Below are positions 52,901 through 61,834 of a stretch of DNA of 64,000 bases, one piece after another (position 1 is the stretch's first letter; each line of letters opens with the position of its first letter). The notes under the pieces were generated by a model, which searched no databases, had not been told where the DNA came from, and was given only the letters and a program-made list of their open reading frames with translations. The translations under genes were made by a program, and so were the position numbers. The DNA is from Candidatus Peregrinibacteria bacterium GW2011_GWC2_39_14 (GTDB taxonomy: Bacteria > Patescibacteriota > Gracilibacteria > UBA1369 > UBA12463): positions 5,935 to 69,934 of the forward strand of contig LBWJ01000009.1 of the NCBI GenBank assembly GCA_000993595.1, read 5' to 3'.

Positions 52901-54426
52901 TCAAAATCATACCCTGCATATTTGCTGAATTCTTCAACCGCCTGAATATCATCTTCGCCCATTGCCGCTCTATATTTCCCTTGATGTTCACTTTTTGCCT
53001 TTGCGTAAACCGCAAATGGATTAAAGTTTTTAACAAAATACCACGGCCTTTTATTTTGACCCCAGATGTTATCAACAATCGCGACAACCACTTCCAAAGC
53101 CTGAAACCTGTTGTTTCTTTTTCTCATAACAAATTCAAACATTTCAACTGCTCTGTTTATATCAAGACCGTTTGAAATCCAAAAATCTATTCTTGCATGC
53201 ATTTTTCTTGCAGCATTACTTAAAACAAGTCCTTGCGATGCCGAATCTTTAAGCTTCATGAAAAAATATGTCATGTCCGGATGATGACCAAAGCCCGCGC
53301 TTTCCATGGCATCCAAAATCTTTTGCCTATTGCCATCTATCTTGAATTTTCTCGGCCTTTTTAGGTCTTTTGGAATCGTATCAAACATTTGTTGCGCAAC
53401 CGTTTTAAACGGATGCTCTGTAAAATGCAAAGGCATATCTCCTGATTCAAAAAGATCACTATCGCCGTTTTCCACATACGAAAAAGCTAATTTTGATCTC
53501 AAGAATGCCCAATCAAAAGGCGTGTCGCCTTTTTTCCCAAGACGTGGATACATGGTGTCTGGATAAAATTCATACTGTAAATTGTTTGCCGCCCACATGC
53601 TTTCAGCTTTTTCATCAAATTGTGCCAAAAAACACCTCACGTACTTTTCGTCCTCACTCATTTTTCGATGTCCTTTTTGCGTGAGCCGTATTGAAATCTC
53701 GTCATCATCAATCTCCACGTTACCAGGCTCTTCAATGCGATTATCTTTTAATGCCGGCTTGCCAAGCATGCGCAAGTGGTCTCTCAAGTAACTCGTCTTC
53801 CACACACGATCAAAACCGGACGCACCCTCGCCCGTTAAATACACCGGACATGACATGCCTCGTACGTTCGTAAGATGGTTACCCATTTCATAAATCGTGT
53901 CAAAATAAACCGGCTTTTTATTTCTTCTTTTCTTGCCATCATCATCATCATCGTCGTCTTCATCAACATAATCATCTCTCCTCACAAGCCGACGCTTGCA
54001 TGGTTTAAATTTTTCACTATAAAAATATGCAGTTGGTCCACGATGTCTTTCTTCATCTCTCCTTTCAAAAAAATCCGGCAACTCTCTCCAGACTTTTTTA
54101 TCTTCCTTTTCTCTTCTTTTTTGACCTTGTTTGTATTCTCTCGTTCTTTCCCTTGCATCTCGTTTTCTTTCTCTTTCTCTTTCTTTCATCCATTCTCTTT
54201 GCCTTCTCCTTTTTTCAAGCTCCTTCTTTCTTCTCTCCGCATTTATAGCCCGAATACACTGCTTTTGCTTTAACTCAATATCGTCACCTAATAAAACCGA
54301 TGCGCGTATTGCAGCCAAGTCTCGCTGCAAATCATATAGATCTGCTCCAATAACGGGCTGTTCGCCGTCAAAATCAACTTCCGGAAAATCCATTTCATCG
54401 TCAAACCTGCCTTCAAAATCCTCCAT
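49933..54426 (-). CDS. Hypothetical giant protein (1497 aa)
   Basis: Uninterrupted 4.5-kb ORF. An N-terminal hyper-charged K/R/E block is followed by a poly-Asp run. No recognised domain. Confidence 0.75.
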   Translation of the reverse strand: MEDFEGRFDDEMDFPEVDFDGEQPVIGADLYDLQRDLAAIRASVLLGDDIELKQKQCIRAINAERRKKELEKRRRQREWMKERERERKRDARERTREYKQGQKRREKEDKKVWRELPDFFERRDEERHRGPTAYFYSEKFKPCKRRLVRRDDYVDEDDDDDDDGKKRRNKKPVYFDTIYEMGNHLTNVRGMSCPVYLTGEGASGFDRVWKTSYLRDHLRMLGKPALKDNRIEEPGNVEIDDDEISIRLTQKGHRKMSEDEKYVRCFLAQFDEKAESMWAANNLQYEFYPDTMYPRLGKKGDTPFDWAFLRSKLAFSYVENGDSDLFESGDMPLHFTEHPFKTVAQQMFDTIPKDLKRPRKFKIDGNRQKILDAMESAGFGHHPDMTYFFMKLKDSASQGLVLSNAARKMHARIDFWISNGLDINRAVEMFEFVMRKRNNRFQALEVVVAIVDNIWGQNKRPWYFVKNFNPFAVYAKAKSEHQGKYRAAMGEDDIQAVEEFSKYAGYDFEYGCKAYFQGGCGLEKFMPKKRTIEITCFIASRYGIGNMPRAIRIIDIMILGLGKLNASEQEVFIKQFLEHVDKNEPRSEITCKMEGDEVTVPFPGLDFFKATLDGSRDKMRERKLDLQVLDAKLLRGIWRQFNAMPEAERLGMALDFDQDNLAASHMLPHNASAAIAALPYHREGGMEVSKPARANIVSNAMNLYDRCKEETGSVDEDVLRLYFAMFANAMRDPFNPPKNFLKLIKTIKEIPESVESVNRRMFERDGRGPRDEASVRTVRLCAVRILIDFYNRGAVTDEQMEKLIEHAVGDNIGFNQAGVKQSEWDFIYERLNKWEIDHMESNERIEAEGEGEHCADFRDQGWVKATLYHLSEQYHRELLDAFSGTLNFRWDNIAGAMQAIVHYKSLIEVMNLGDIFNYREIMEGLVSEALNTPDQEGEDQYTADKDVMLNPYKLPRSDEDEWENFTEALKEGIEDGLIDAEAVKEEMRSAKTSKDRIAMLESFYKMVVGMRQLIYAANDIDFETIIDNDGNISEYAAETIVKANETLKAINVKYFNVERFVRQKTLKSKFDILIKFNAFKEIDDIVERYCGKKAEVRENIEQENARKALKSVLTFFGIARVVDFMEREGGKGAGRDRVLAYVNDRIDETPALPAGGDIELGAMIGDTIRSVHDAMAFAAKQVGRQFGGQVIELKRAIEAKRSEYKGVLPVGGKVHLLHGINSKEYDRLFRLLRLTSSAFKLEAATNSFIIPPVMTQEEMIIILACLEETGLLDKGRPELQVTIPGKLDDNSAAILGSSILLSTEVGMEYPLDSFKTSHDEETDKRIMAYDDGGELIILPHMRRRKGWGYLSGRTDMFGRKAWSDIKYYQFISTALSNAQFGGPFEEIGKWYIAEYENLLERHKMKDILEDKWINKQYDDEWCKMSAKKKEESRKHHYETVKRCTDAWYKCAENPKDKKGIIFEVRDLVDSLMEKMAVIQETLTGEEYEQNPLQAKEA

Positions 54427-54511
54427 TTCTTGTTTGGATTAAGAATGGAGGGAAATTTTACCACTTTAAGGTGGAATGTCAAGGTGAATGAGCGTCCAAT
54501 AAAATCGGTCG

Positions 54512-54892
54512 CTATGCTACTCTTCTTGGCTCTGCCGCAGAAGATCTAACGGCTACACTTGGCGCTTGTCTTGTTCCATGCGAGGATCCTCTTGCAGGAC
54601 TTGAAGGTGCTACTGGAGCTGCCAGAGCTGCTGGAGTTGTTGCGGATGCTGGCCTTGAAGCCGGGATTGCATTAAGAGCCCCCAACGTTTGTCTTCTCGC
54701 TGAAAGTCTGGCTAAAAATAAACCACTATTACCTCCTAATTGCGTCTTCCATTCCGCTACTGCCAATTCACTCAAACGGCCTAAATCTTCCAATCCAACG
54801 GTGCTTAATTTAGCATCAATAGCGACCGGATCTCCTCCTTTCACGGTTTCTCTTAATTCTTTACGTCCTCTTTGATCTAATGATAATCCCAT
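54512..54892 (-). CDS. Hypothetical 126-aa protein with an Ala/Pro/Ser-rich tail
   Basis: First ORF of the minus-strand operon, starting about 35 nt downstream of the candidate divergent promoter. Confidence 0.55.
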   Translation of the reverse strand: MGLSLDQRGRKELRETVKGGDPVAIDAKLSTVGLEDLGRLSELAVAEWKTQLGGNSGLFLARLSARRQTLGALNAIPASRPASATTPAALAAPVAPSSPARGSSHGTRQAPSVAVRSSAAEPRRVA

Positions 54893-54924
54893 ATTTTTGT
54901 GGTTAGATTGTATTTTCTACCCAA

Positions 54925-54961
54925 AGCTTATCTTGACATATTTGCACTGTCAAGTTAAACT
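54925..54961. promoter_or_regulatory. Palindromic face-to-face divergent promoter candidate
   Basis: CTTGACA, 9 nt, TGTCAAG. The plus strand reads TTGACA-17 nt-TAAACT and the minus strand reads TTGACA-17 nt-TAAGCT. Confidence 0.45.
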
Positions 54962-54979
54962 CACACCCTTACAATTGAC

Positions 54980-57859
54980 ATGGACAAAAAATTATTACCA
55001 TTACAGCTAGTCGAACGATTTGATCATTGCAAAATGTGGCCGATGGTTCCTGTAACAACGCCTGAAAAAGCACCAACTCTGGACGAGCGAGCGGAAATAG
55101 ATGAATATATAAAACTTGGTAAAGTTGTAATTAAGGAAATTTTGGGCGATGTCGACACTTCACATACACACATTGGTGGTGCAACTCGCGACTATTATTG
55201 CTGTGAAGAAGGGCATGAAGAATATAGACTTTTGATGACTTTGTTAAAAGGAGCAAAAAGCGTTGAACAAGTTCAGGACTTGGTTGCGGGTTATATTTTT
55301 CAAACGATTAACGAATTACGTGATGCCCGTTATATTCCGGATCCCGACTACCCACTAAAACGTAAGCCTATTTATGGAGAAGTGAGAGATGTGATGATCG
55401 GCAGATTGCCTCAACAAGGCACACCATATAATTTTAAAAGAATAATCCCACATTCAGAGTTAAGAAATGAATTTGAACATCAAGAAAGATACAGACTGCA
55501 TTACCATCAAAAACATATCGGAGCAACAACCGGGCATTATTTTAGAATGCCACGAAGCGCAAGCTATTTGATGGAATTTATGCCAACGCTTCAACAATCA
55601 AGACGATATGCATTTGAACCAAACCATGATTGCTTACATACTCTTCTTGCTGATTCACATCATGTTTTTCCTAAGCATTTTCCGGTGGGGCGATATTGGG
55701 CCAAACGTGAAACGCCAAAGAACAAACGTATGACTCCTTCAAAATTAACCAGATTTTTTACTTTACCGGGTTTAAATGATTACCTTGAAGCTGATGGAAA
55801 AATGCCCGATGAATCAATCGCATCGAATTTAACAATTATAGCTGAATATATTTGCGAAAATAGAGGTGCTATTTATAAAAATGATATTAAACCTGAAGAC
55901 ATTGATAAGTGGATGAAAAATAAATTTAAAAAATATCATCCGGATTTAGGCGTTGCCACATATGTTTGGGCAAGATTACTTGGAACCGAATTCGAAGATA
56001 CTTCTCTTTGGATCGAACAATACATCCTTGATCTTATTGAAAAGGAAAACCCGTGGGTCTTTGAAGCCGCAGGCCATGAAACGAGAAAAGATTATAACTA
56101 TCCCAAGTCTCTTTTAATTTTATACGCAAAGGCTTTGGCTGTAACCGATATCGGAATTCCGGACAAAGATAAATTACAAGAATTATTACTTTTAATTCCA
56201 GCCCAAGAATTACTCGAAGCTGCAATGGGTAGCAAAAATTATAAAAGTTGTGGATCCCTTGTTCTTCTTTACTCATATGCTTGTGATAGGTCCAGATATA
56301 TTCCTACACCTGATAAATATAATGATGAACGATGTGAAAATGATTTTTATGGATATTGCTTGGATTTATTTCAAGAGTCTTTCGAACCTTCACATGAATG
56401 GACGCATATTGAAGGATTTGAATTACTTGATCCAATGGCAATTGACGGATACACAAATTCGCGTGGCTGGACCGCTTTGCAAGAAAGAATGAAAGCGGCT
56501 GAAGAAAAAATGAGAACTATGGCACCAAGTGAATTAATGGCATTTAAAATAGCTGTAGTAGATAAATTACCAGAACCTTATGCTGAAAAAGCTTTATATT
56601 TAATTACCGACATTGCAAAAAAATACACTGTTTCAGTTAGCTTCCAGAGTCATGATACAGATGCCATCGCAAATATGGCGTCTAATGGATACGACGGAGA
56701 ACGGCCTGAACTAATTCTTCCCGGCGGAATTTCCTTAGATGAATTGGCCGGAACCGGATATTCGAAAGCACGATTCACGGAAATTGCAGAACTCGCAATA
56801 TTGGAAAGACATCTTCGAGGACAAGTGCGAGGAGACGATGCGCTTATTAAACATCTTATGGCTCATCGCTCTACAATGATGCCCGGCGAGCTTATTGCGC
56901 CAATTCCGGGTTCACCAAATCTGGAAATAATTAAAATATATGGAGATTCTCCGGATTTATTATCTCTTTTAACTATCGCTACATTGCTCGTTTACGTTGG
57001 ATATGATTATGACCAAATTATGAAAGAGATTGAGATGCTACAAGGTGAGCTTATTGATCCAATGCAATCTCGAAATCTCACCGCTACGGTTGGAGCGGAA
57101 CTTGAAATAGTTGGCGCAACTCCGGAAGGACAAATTGTCAACCCTGATCGCTTTGGCCTTCTCACAAATGTAGTTGCAATGGGTAATGATAAGCCCGTAA
57201 ATGAATTAAAAACTCCGCCAACAATGAGTGCGTTTATGCAAAAATATCTTTTTAACCTTATTACCGATGAAAGATTCCAATTTATTTATGCGAAAATGCT
57301 TTGGGACGTTTCGGCGCGAAAAGACAGATCTCCAACCGCTGTGCACGTAAGCGTTGCAATGCCAAAAGACATTCCTTTTTCAGCAGATCTTGTTAGAAAA
57401 TATATGGCTCCGATACACGAGATGCAATGGATCGCCAGTGAAATGAGAGCTCAAGTTCCTCGCGCCAGCAGTGCGGGCTATGTTAAAGACTGGAGGAGCA
57501 TGGCTCTTCTGGACACAGTGGGCGATAAACATCCGTCTATGCAGGTTGAAGACAAAAGCCTATCTCTTGATCCTCGTGGCGATTATGGGAAACAAATAGA
57601 GATGATTCAATTACTATCTTCTGCCGCTGTCCAATACATGAGAGAAAAAGGAGGCTTGCCAATGGATCCGAGCGGTAGAATTATGGCACAAATTTATGTT
57701 GATTTTGTTCGTGAGTCTAAATTGATTTTAGGTATGCCTTTAAATGAAATGTCGCAAGTTGTTGCAAGCGCTTTAATGGAAAAATACGCAGATACTGTAA
57801 AGTCCGAATTAAATCGACCAAGCATGGTAAAAAAGAGTGGAATTGTTTGGGTTGAGTAA
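54980..57859 (+). CDS. Hypothetical 959-aa protein; the C-terminal region has a glutamine-synthetase-like amidoligase motif order (tentative)
   Basis: Long ORF divergent from the giant-protein operon. GAELEI .. NELKTPP .. AVHVSV .. QVEDKSLSLD occur in the order expected for the COOH-NH2 ligase fold. Confidence 0.7.
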   Translation: MDKKLLPLQLVERFDHCKMWPMVPVTTPEKAPTLDERAEIDEYIKLGKVVIKEILGDVDTSHTHIGGATRDYYCCEEGHEEYRLLMTLLKGAKSVEQVQDLVAGYIFQTINELRDARYIPDPDYPLKRKPIYGEVRDVMIGRLPQQGTPYNFKRIIPHSELRNEFEHQERYRLHYHQKHIGATTGHYFRMPRSASYLMEFMPTLQQSRRYAFEPNHDCLHTLLADSHHVFPKHFPVGRYWAKRETPKNKRMTPSKLTRFFTLPGLNDYLEADGKMPDESIASNLTIIAEYICENRGAIYKNDIKPEDIDKWMKNKFKKYHPDLGVATYVWARLLGTEFEDTSLWIEQYILDLIEKENPWVFEAAGHETRKDYNYPKSLLILYAKALAVTDIGIPDKDKLQELLLLIPAQELLEAAMGSKNYKSCGSLVLLYSYACDRSRYIPTPDKYNDERCENDFYGYCLDLFQESFEPSHEWTHIEGFELLDPMAIDGYTNSRGWTALQERMKAAEEKMRTMAPSELMAFKIAVVDKLPEPYAEKALYLITDIAKKYTVSVSFQSHDTDAIANMASNGYDGERPELILPGGISLDELAGTGYSKARFTEIAELAILERHLRGQVRGDDALIKHLMAHRSTMMPGELIAPIPGSPNLEIIKIYGDSPDLLSLLTIATLLVYVGYDYDQIMKEIEMLQGELIDPMQSRNLTATVGAELEIVGATPEGQIVNPDRFGLLTNVVAMGNDKPVNELKTPPTMSAFMQKYLFNLITDERFQFIYAKMLWDVSARKDRSPTAVHVSVAMPKDIPFSADLVRKYMAPIHEMQWIASEMRAQVPRASSAGYVKDWRSMALLDTVGDKHPSMQVEDKSLSLDPRGDYGKQIEMIQLLSSAAVQYMREKGGLPMDPSGRIMAQIYVDFVRESKLILGMPLNEMSQVVASALMEKYADTVKSELNRPSMVKKSGIVWVE

Positions 57860-57888
57860 ATGGGACGAAGATAACAATGCCAGCAACC

Positions 57889-59307
57889 TTAAATCTCCAC
57901 CTCTTCGGCAAACTTTGGAACGTATGCGTCGTAGCCGAGCTCCTTGAGGTGCGCGGCGAAAGTTAAAGATTGTTGTTCTTCACCGTGTACAACAAAAATC
58001 TTTTTGAGACCTTTAACGTTTGAAATAAAATCAATCAAATCGCTACGATCGGCATGACCGGAAAATGCGTCCATCTTCACGATATTTGCATTAACTTTAT
58101 ATTGCTTGCCGAAAATATTGATGACTTTTAAGCCTTCAACAAGCTTGCGACCGAGCGTGCGATCAGCCTGATATCCAACAAATAAAACAGTTGCCTTTGG
58201 ATCCTCAATATTGTTTTTGAGATGATGGACAATGCGACCGTGCTCAGCCATTCCCGAAGCGGAAATGATTATGCATGGACCCTTGTATGAATTGAGCTTT
58301 TTTGAATCTTCGGGATCGGAAATATATTTAAGCGTACCAAATCCAAATGGATTCTCTTTGCCGTGAATAAGTTTGCGCGTTGCTTCATCAAAACATTCGG
58401 GATGCGCTTTGAATACATCTGAAAGCTTGACTGAAAGCGGGCTATCCACGAAAATTGGAATCTGTGGAATTGCCTTATTTTTGCTTAATTCATTGAAGTA
58501 ATAAATAAGCTCTTGCGTGCGTTCCAGCGCGAATGCGGGAATCAAAATCTTGCCGCCTTTTTGTGCGGTTTTGTTTACAATGTCCGCAAGTTGAGCCTGC
58601 ACGTCTTCGATTGGCTCGTGAAATCTATCACCATATGTGCTCTCAATAATCAAATAATCCGTTTGTGGAAGATATTGCGGATCTTTGAGAATTGGAAGGC
58701 TTCTGCGACCAATATCACCTGTATATGCCATTGTAAATCTTTGATTTTTTTCTTTATCATAAACAACAAAATGCGTGATTGCCGAGCCAAGAATGTGACC
58801 TGCGTCATAAAAACATGCCGCAAGACCGTCTTCAACCGGGAATGCTTTTTCATATTCCACTCCGATAAATTGAGTCATTGCTTCTTTTACGTCTTCGACT
58901 GTATAAAGAGGCTCTAATGGAGCTTGATTTGGAGTTAAATTTAGCTTGTTTGGCCTGTTTGGTTTCTCGTGTTTTTTGATATATTCCATGTCACGAGCTT
59001 GAATCATTGCCGAATCCATAAGCATATATGAGGCAAGATCTTTTGTAGCGAGAGTTGAATAAATTTTTCCTTTAAAACCTTTGTGCGAAAGTGCGGGAAT
59101 ATTGCCGCAATGGTCAATATGCGCATGAGAAAGGATCATTGAGTCGATTGAGCGCGGATCAAATGGATATGCATTGTTTTTCGCAAAGGATTCCTTGCGT
59201 GGACCCTGATACATGCCGCAATCAAGCAAAATACGCTTATCGTTGAGCATAAGCAGGTGTTTTGAGCCTGTGACTTCGCGAGCTGCCCCGCAAAAACGGA
59301 TTTTCAT
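57889..59307 (-). CDS. MBL-fold beta-CASP ribonuclease (RNase J/CPSF-like)
   Basis: 472 aa. Contains HAHIDHCGN, a beta-CASP segment and a C-terminal FSGHAD..VHGE. Confidence 0.85.
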   Translation of the reverse strand: MKIRFCGAAREVTGSKHLLMLNDKRILLDCGMYQGPRKESFAKNNAYPFDPRSIDSMILSHAHIDHCGNIPALSHKGFKGKIYSTLATKDLASYMLMDSAMIQARDMEYIKKHEKPNRPNKLNLTPNQAPLEPLYTVEDVKEAMTQFIGVEYEKAFPVEDGLAACFYDAGHILGSAITHFVVYDKEKNQRFTMAYTGDIGRRSLPILKDPQYLPQTDYLIIESTYGDRFHEPIEDVQAQLADIVNKTAQKGGKILIPAFALERTQELIYYFNELSKNKAIPQIPIFVDSPLSVKLSDVFKAHPECFDEATRKLIHGKENPFGFGTLKYISDPEDSKKLNSYKGPCIIISASGMAEHGRIVHHLKNNIEDPKATVLFVGYQADRTLGRKLVEGLKVINIFGKQYKVNANIVKMDAFSGHADRSDLIDFISNVKGLKKIFVVHGEEQQSLTFAAHLKELGYDAYVPKFAEEVEI

Positions 59308-59449
59308 TTGTTTTTGTTTAATTTATATCATTATATCATGGAAATCGAGATTTAGCAAATGGGGACGTTTCCTTAGTTTGGCTTTTACATGTGGAACGGG
59401 GACAGAGGTGATAACATTGACTTTGTGGTAAAAGTATACTACAATTGTA

Positions 59450-60010
59450 GTGATAAATAACTACATAATTATGCTCCCTAAATCAAAACTCACTCAAAGC
59501 CTATTTACGTACTTTTTTTTAAATCCTGAAAAAGAGCTTTATCTGAGAGAATTGGCCAGAACACTCTCTTGCGATGCCGCAAATCTGGATAAAACCCTTA
59601 AAAAACTTGAAAAAGAAGGTTTATTTAAAAGCGAATTTCACGGAAAACAAAAATATTATTTTTTGAATACATCCTTCCCTCTTTATGATGAGTATAAAAA
59701 AATCATTGAAAAGTCATTTGGAGTTCAGAAATTTTTTAGAAATATTTTAGAAGGATTTAATGATATTAGTGTAATCTATATCTACGGATCTTATGCGAAA
59801 AATGAAATGTCTGCAAATAGCGATATAGATGTGCTCGTTATAGGCAGGCCTGATGTGTTAAAGCTTTCTCGTGAAGTATCGGAATTTGAAAATTTGTTTA
59901 ATAGAGAACTAAATTACACGATTATTGATGAGAGTGAATTGGCAAAAAAAAGACAGAACGATCCATTTTTAAAAAATATATTTAAAGGCAAAATTATAAA
60001 AATTACATGA
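59450..60010 (+). CDS. wHTH plus minimal nucleotidyltransferase (MNT) protein
   Basis: 186 aa. The NTase motif is YIYGSYAKNEMSANSDIDVLVIG. The likely start is the internal MLPKSK at about 59471. Confidence 0.8.
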   Translation: MINNYIIMLPKSKLTQSLFTYFFLNPEKELYLRELARTLSCDAANLDKTLKKLEKEGLFKSEFHGKQKYYFLNTSFPLYDEYKKIIEKSFGVQKFFRNILEGFNDISVIYIYGSYAKNEMSANSDIDVLVIGRPDVLKLSREVSEFENLFNRELNYTIIDESELAKKRQNDPFLKNIFKGKIIKIT

Positions 60011-60423
60011 AATTTGAAGAGAAGCATTTTAAAAGATTTGATTTCACAAACAAAGAAATTCGATTGTTTCTTGAAAACAGCAGGCGCGATTTGGACATAG
60101 CAAAAAATAATAAAACGCCTGAAGTTATTTTTAGATTCGGGTATGATTCAATCCTGAAATCCTGCATAGCTTTAATTGCTTTCTGTGGATTTAAAGCCAA
60201 AAGCGTACCTGGTCACCATATCATTATAATCAGCAAAGCTTCTGAAATTTTAAATCATGAATATGCGGAAATTTTTTATTTTTGCAATAATATAAGAAGA
60301 AAAAGAAATTTTGATTTGTATGCCGGTGGATCATTTTTTTCTGTACAAGAAGCCAAAAATTTGATAGAAATATCTGAGAAAATTTATACTATTGTAAAAA
60401 ATTATGTTCAAAAGGGGCGATAA
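60007..60423 (+). CDS. HEPN domain protein (partner of the MNT)
   Basis: 138 aa. 4-nt overlap with the MNT gene. Helical, with NNIRRKRNFDLY typical of the HEPN Rx..Y/H region. Confidence 0.65.
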   Translation: MKFEEKHFKRFDFTNKEIRLFLENSRRDLDIAKNNKTPEVIFRFGYDSILKSCIALIAFCGFKAKSVPGHHIIIISKASEILNHEYAEIFYFCNNIRRKRNFDLYAGGSFFSVQEAKNLIEISEKIYTIVKNYVQKGR

Positions 60424-61819
60424 AACAATTTTAAAAATCGAAAATCTGGCGTTTGGCGGGCAAGGGATTGGGCGCGTTGCTGTTGATGATGATAAAGCTG
60501 AAATTAAAGGCAAAAAGCTCGCAGTTTTTGTCGAGAATGTGATTCCGGGCGATGAAGTTGAGGTGAGTTTTTTTCATATTAAAAAGAATTTTGCAGAAGC
60601 GAATGTTGTGCGAATGATTAAGCCGTCGGAACTCCGTATTGCGCCGCGGTGTCGTCATTTTGGAACTTGCGGAGGATGCGTTTGGCAAAATCTTAATTAC
60701 GAAAAACAGCTTGAATATAAGGAAAATCAGGTTCGTGAAAGCCTTGAAAGAATTGGAAAATTTGAAAATCCACCTGTTAAGAAAATTATCGGATGTAAAT
60801 CACCTTGGGAATATCGAAATAAAATGGAATTCAGCTTTGATGGATCCGGTGCGAACTTGCAGCTTGGGCTGCATTTGGCACGAATGCATCACGATGTTGT
60901 CGACATTCAAGAATGCTTTTTGGTATCCGGAATTTGCGTAGAAATAACAAAATTTGTGCGTGATTTTTTGAAAAAATCCGGTGGCAACGGTGGCAATGGT
61001 GGCAACGGCAGCAATGCCGAGACCGCTCTCGATTTGCGAAATTTCATTATACGTGAGGCAAAAACAACGGGTGAAATTATGGCGAATCTGGTGACGGGGA
61101 CGGAATTCGAAAATGTTCTGGTGGAAAAAATGGGGGCGGAAATTAACGAAAAATTCCCAAGCAAAATCACATCTTTTTATCACACAAAAATTTCTGATAA
61201 AAGAGGTGAAAGAAAAAGCATTAAAGAAGAACTTGTTTTTGGCGCACCCGTTATCCGTGAAGAGCTTTTAATTCACAATGAAAAAATCAAATTCGATATA
61301 ACTCCAAGCGCTTTTTTTCAACCAAATACTTTTCAAGCGCAGGTTTTATATGAAACCGTTTTCTCCCTTGCTGATGCCAAAAAATCTGATTCAATTTTTG
61401 ATTTATTTTGCGGAACCGGAACGATTGGAATTTGTTTTGCAAAATTTTCCTCCCACATTTTTGGCGTTGAAATAAATGCCAGCGCAATTGAAATCGCAAA
61501 GAAAAACGCCGAATTAAACAACCTGAAAAATATTGAATTTTTGTGCGGCGACGCAGAAAGAACCCTTAAGAACCTTCCTCAAAATCCGGACATAATCATC
61601 GTTGATCCGCCACGCGCCTGCCTTGGGGAAAAACTCTCGCTAAAACTTGCCGGATTTAAAGCCCGCAAAATCATTTTTGTTTCGTGCAATCCAACCACTT
61701 TTGCAAGAGATGCGCGCATTTTAGTCGATAACGGCTACGCTCTTCGTGAAGTCCAGCCCGTCGACATGTTTCCGCATACGTATCACATCGAAACTGTGGC
61801 AGTTTTTGAGAAAAATTGA
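60404..61819 (+). CDS. rlmD: 23S rRNA (uracil-5-)-methyltransferase RlmD/RumA family
   Basis: 471 aa. The TRAM domain is IENLAFGGQGIGRV and the Fe-S cysteines are CRHFGTCGGCVWQN. Also DLFCGTGTIG, VDPPRAC and VSCNP. Confidence 0.9.
   Translation: MFKRGDKTILKIENLAFGGQGIGRVAVDDDKAEIKGKKLAVFVENVIPGDEVEVSFFHIKKNFAEANVVRMIKPSELRIAPRCRHFGTCGGCVWQNLNYEKQLEYKENQVRESLERIGKFENPPVKKIIGCKSPWEYRNKMEFSFDGSGANLQLGLHLARMHHDVVDIQECFLVSGICVEITKFVRDFLKKSGGNGGNGGNGSNAETALDLRNFIIREAKTTGEIMANLVTGTEFENVLVEKMGAEINEKFPSKITSFYHTKISDKRGERKSIKEELVFGAPVIREELLIHNEKIKFDITPSAFFQPNTFQAQVLYETVFSLADAKKSDSIFDLFCGTGTIGICFAKFSSHIFGVEINASAIEIAKKNAELNNLKNIEFLCGDAERTLKNLPQNPDIIIVDPPRACLGEKLSLKLAGFKARKIIFVSCNPTTFARDARILVDNGYALREVQPVDMFPHTYHIETVAVFEKN
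60980..61015 (+). repeat. In-frame 9-bp tandem repeat x4 (GGN GGN GGN GSN) inside rlmD
   Basis: ggtggcaac ggtggcaat ggtggcaac ggcagcaat. Confidence 0.8.
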
Positions 61820-61834
61820 TTTTTGCGTTCGCTT

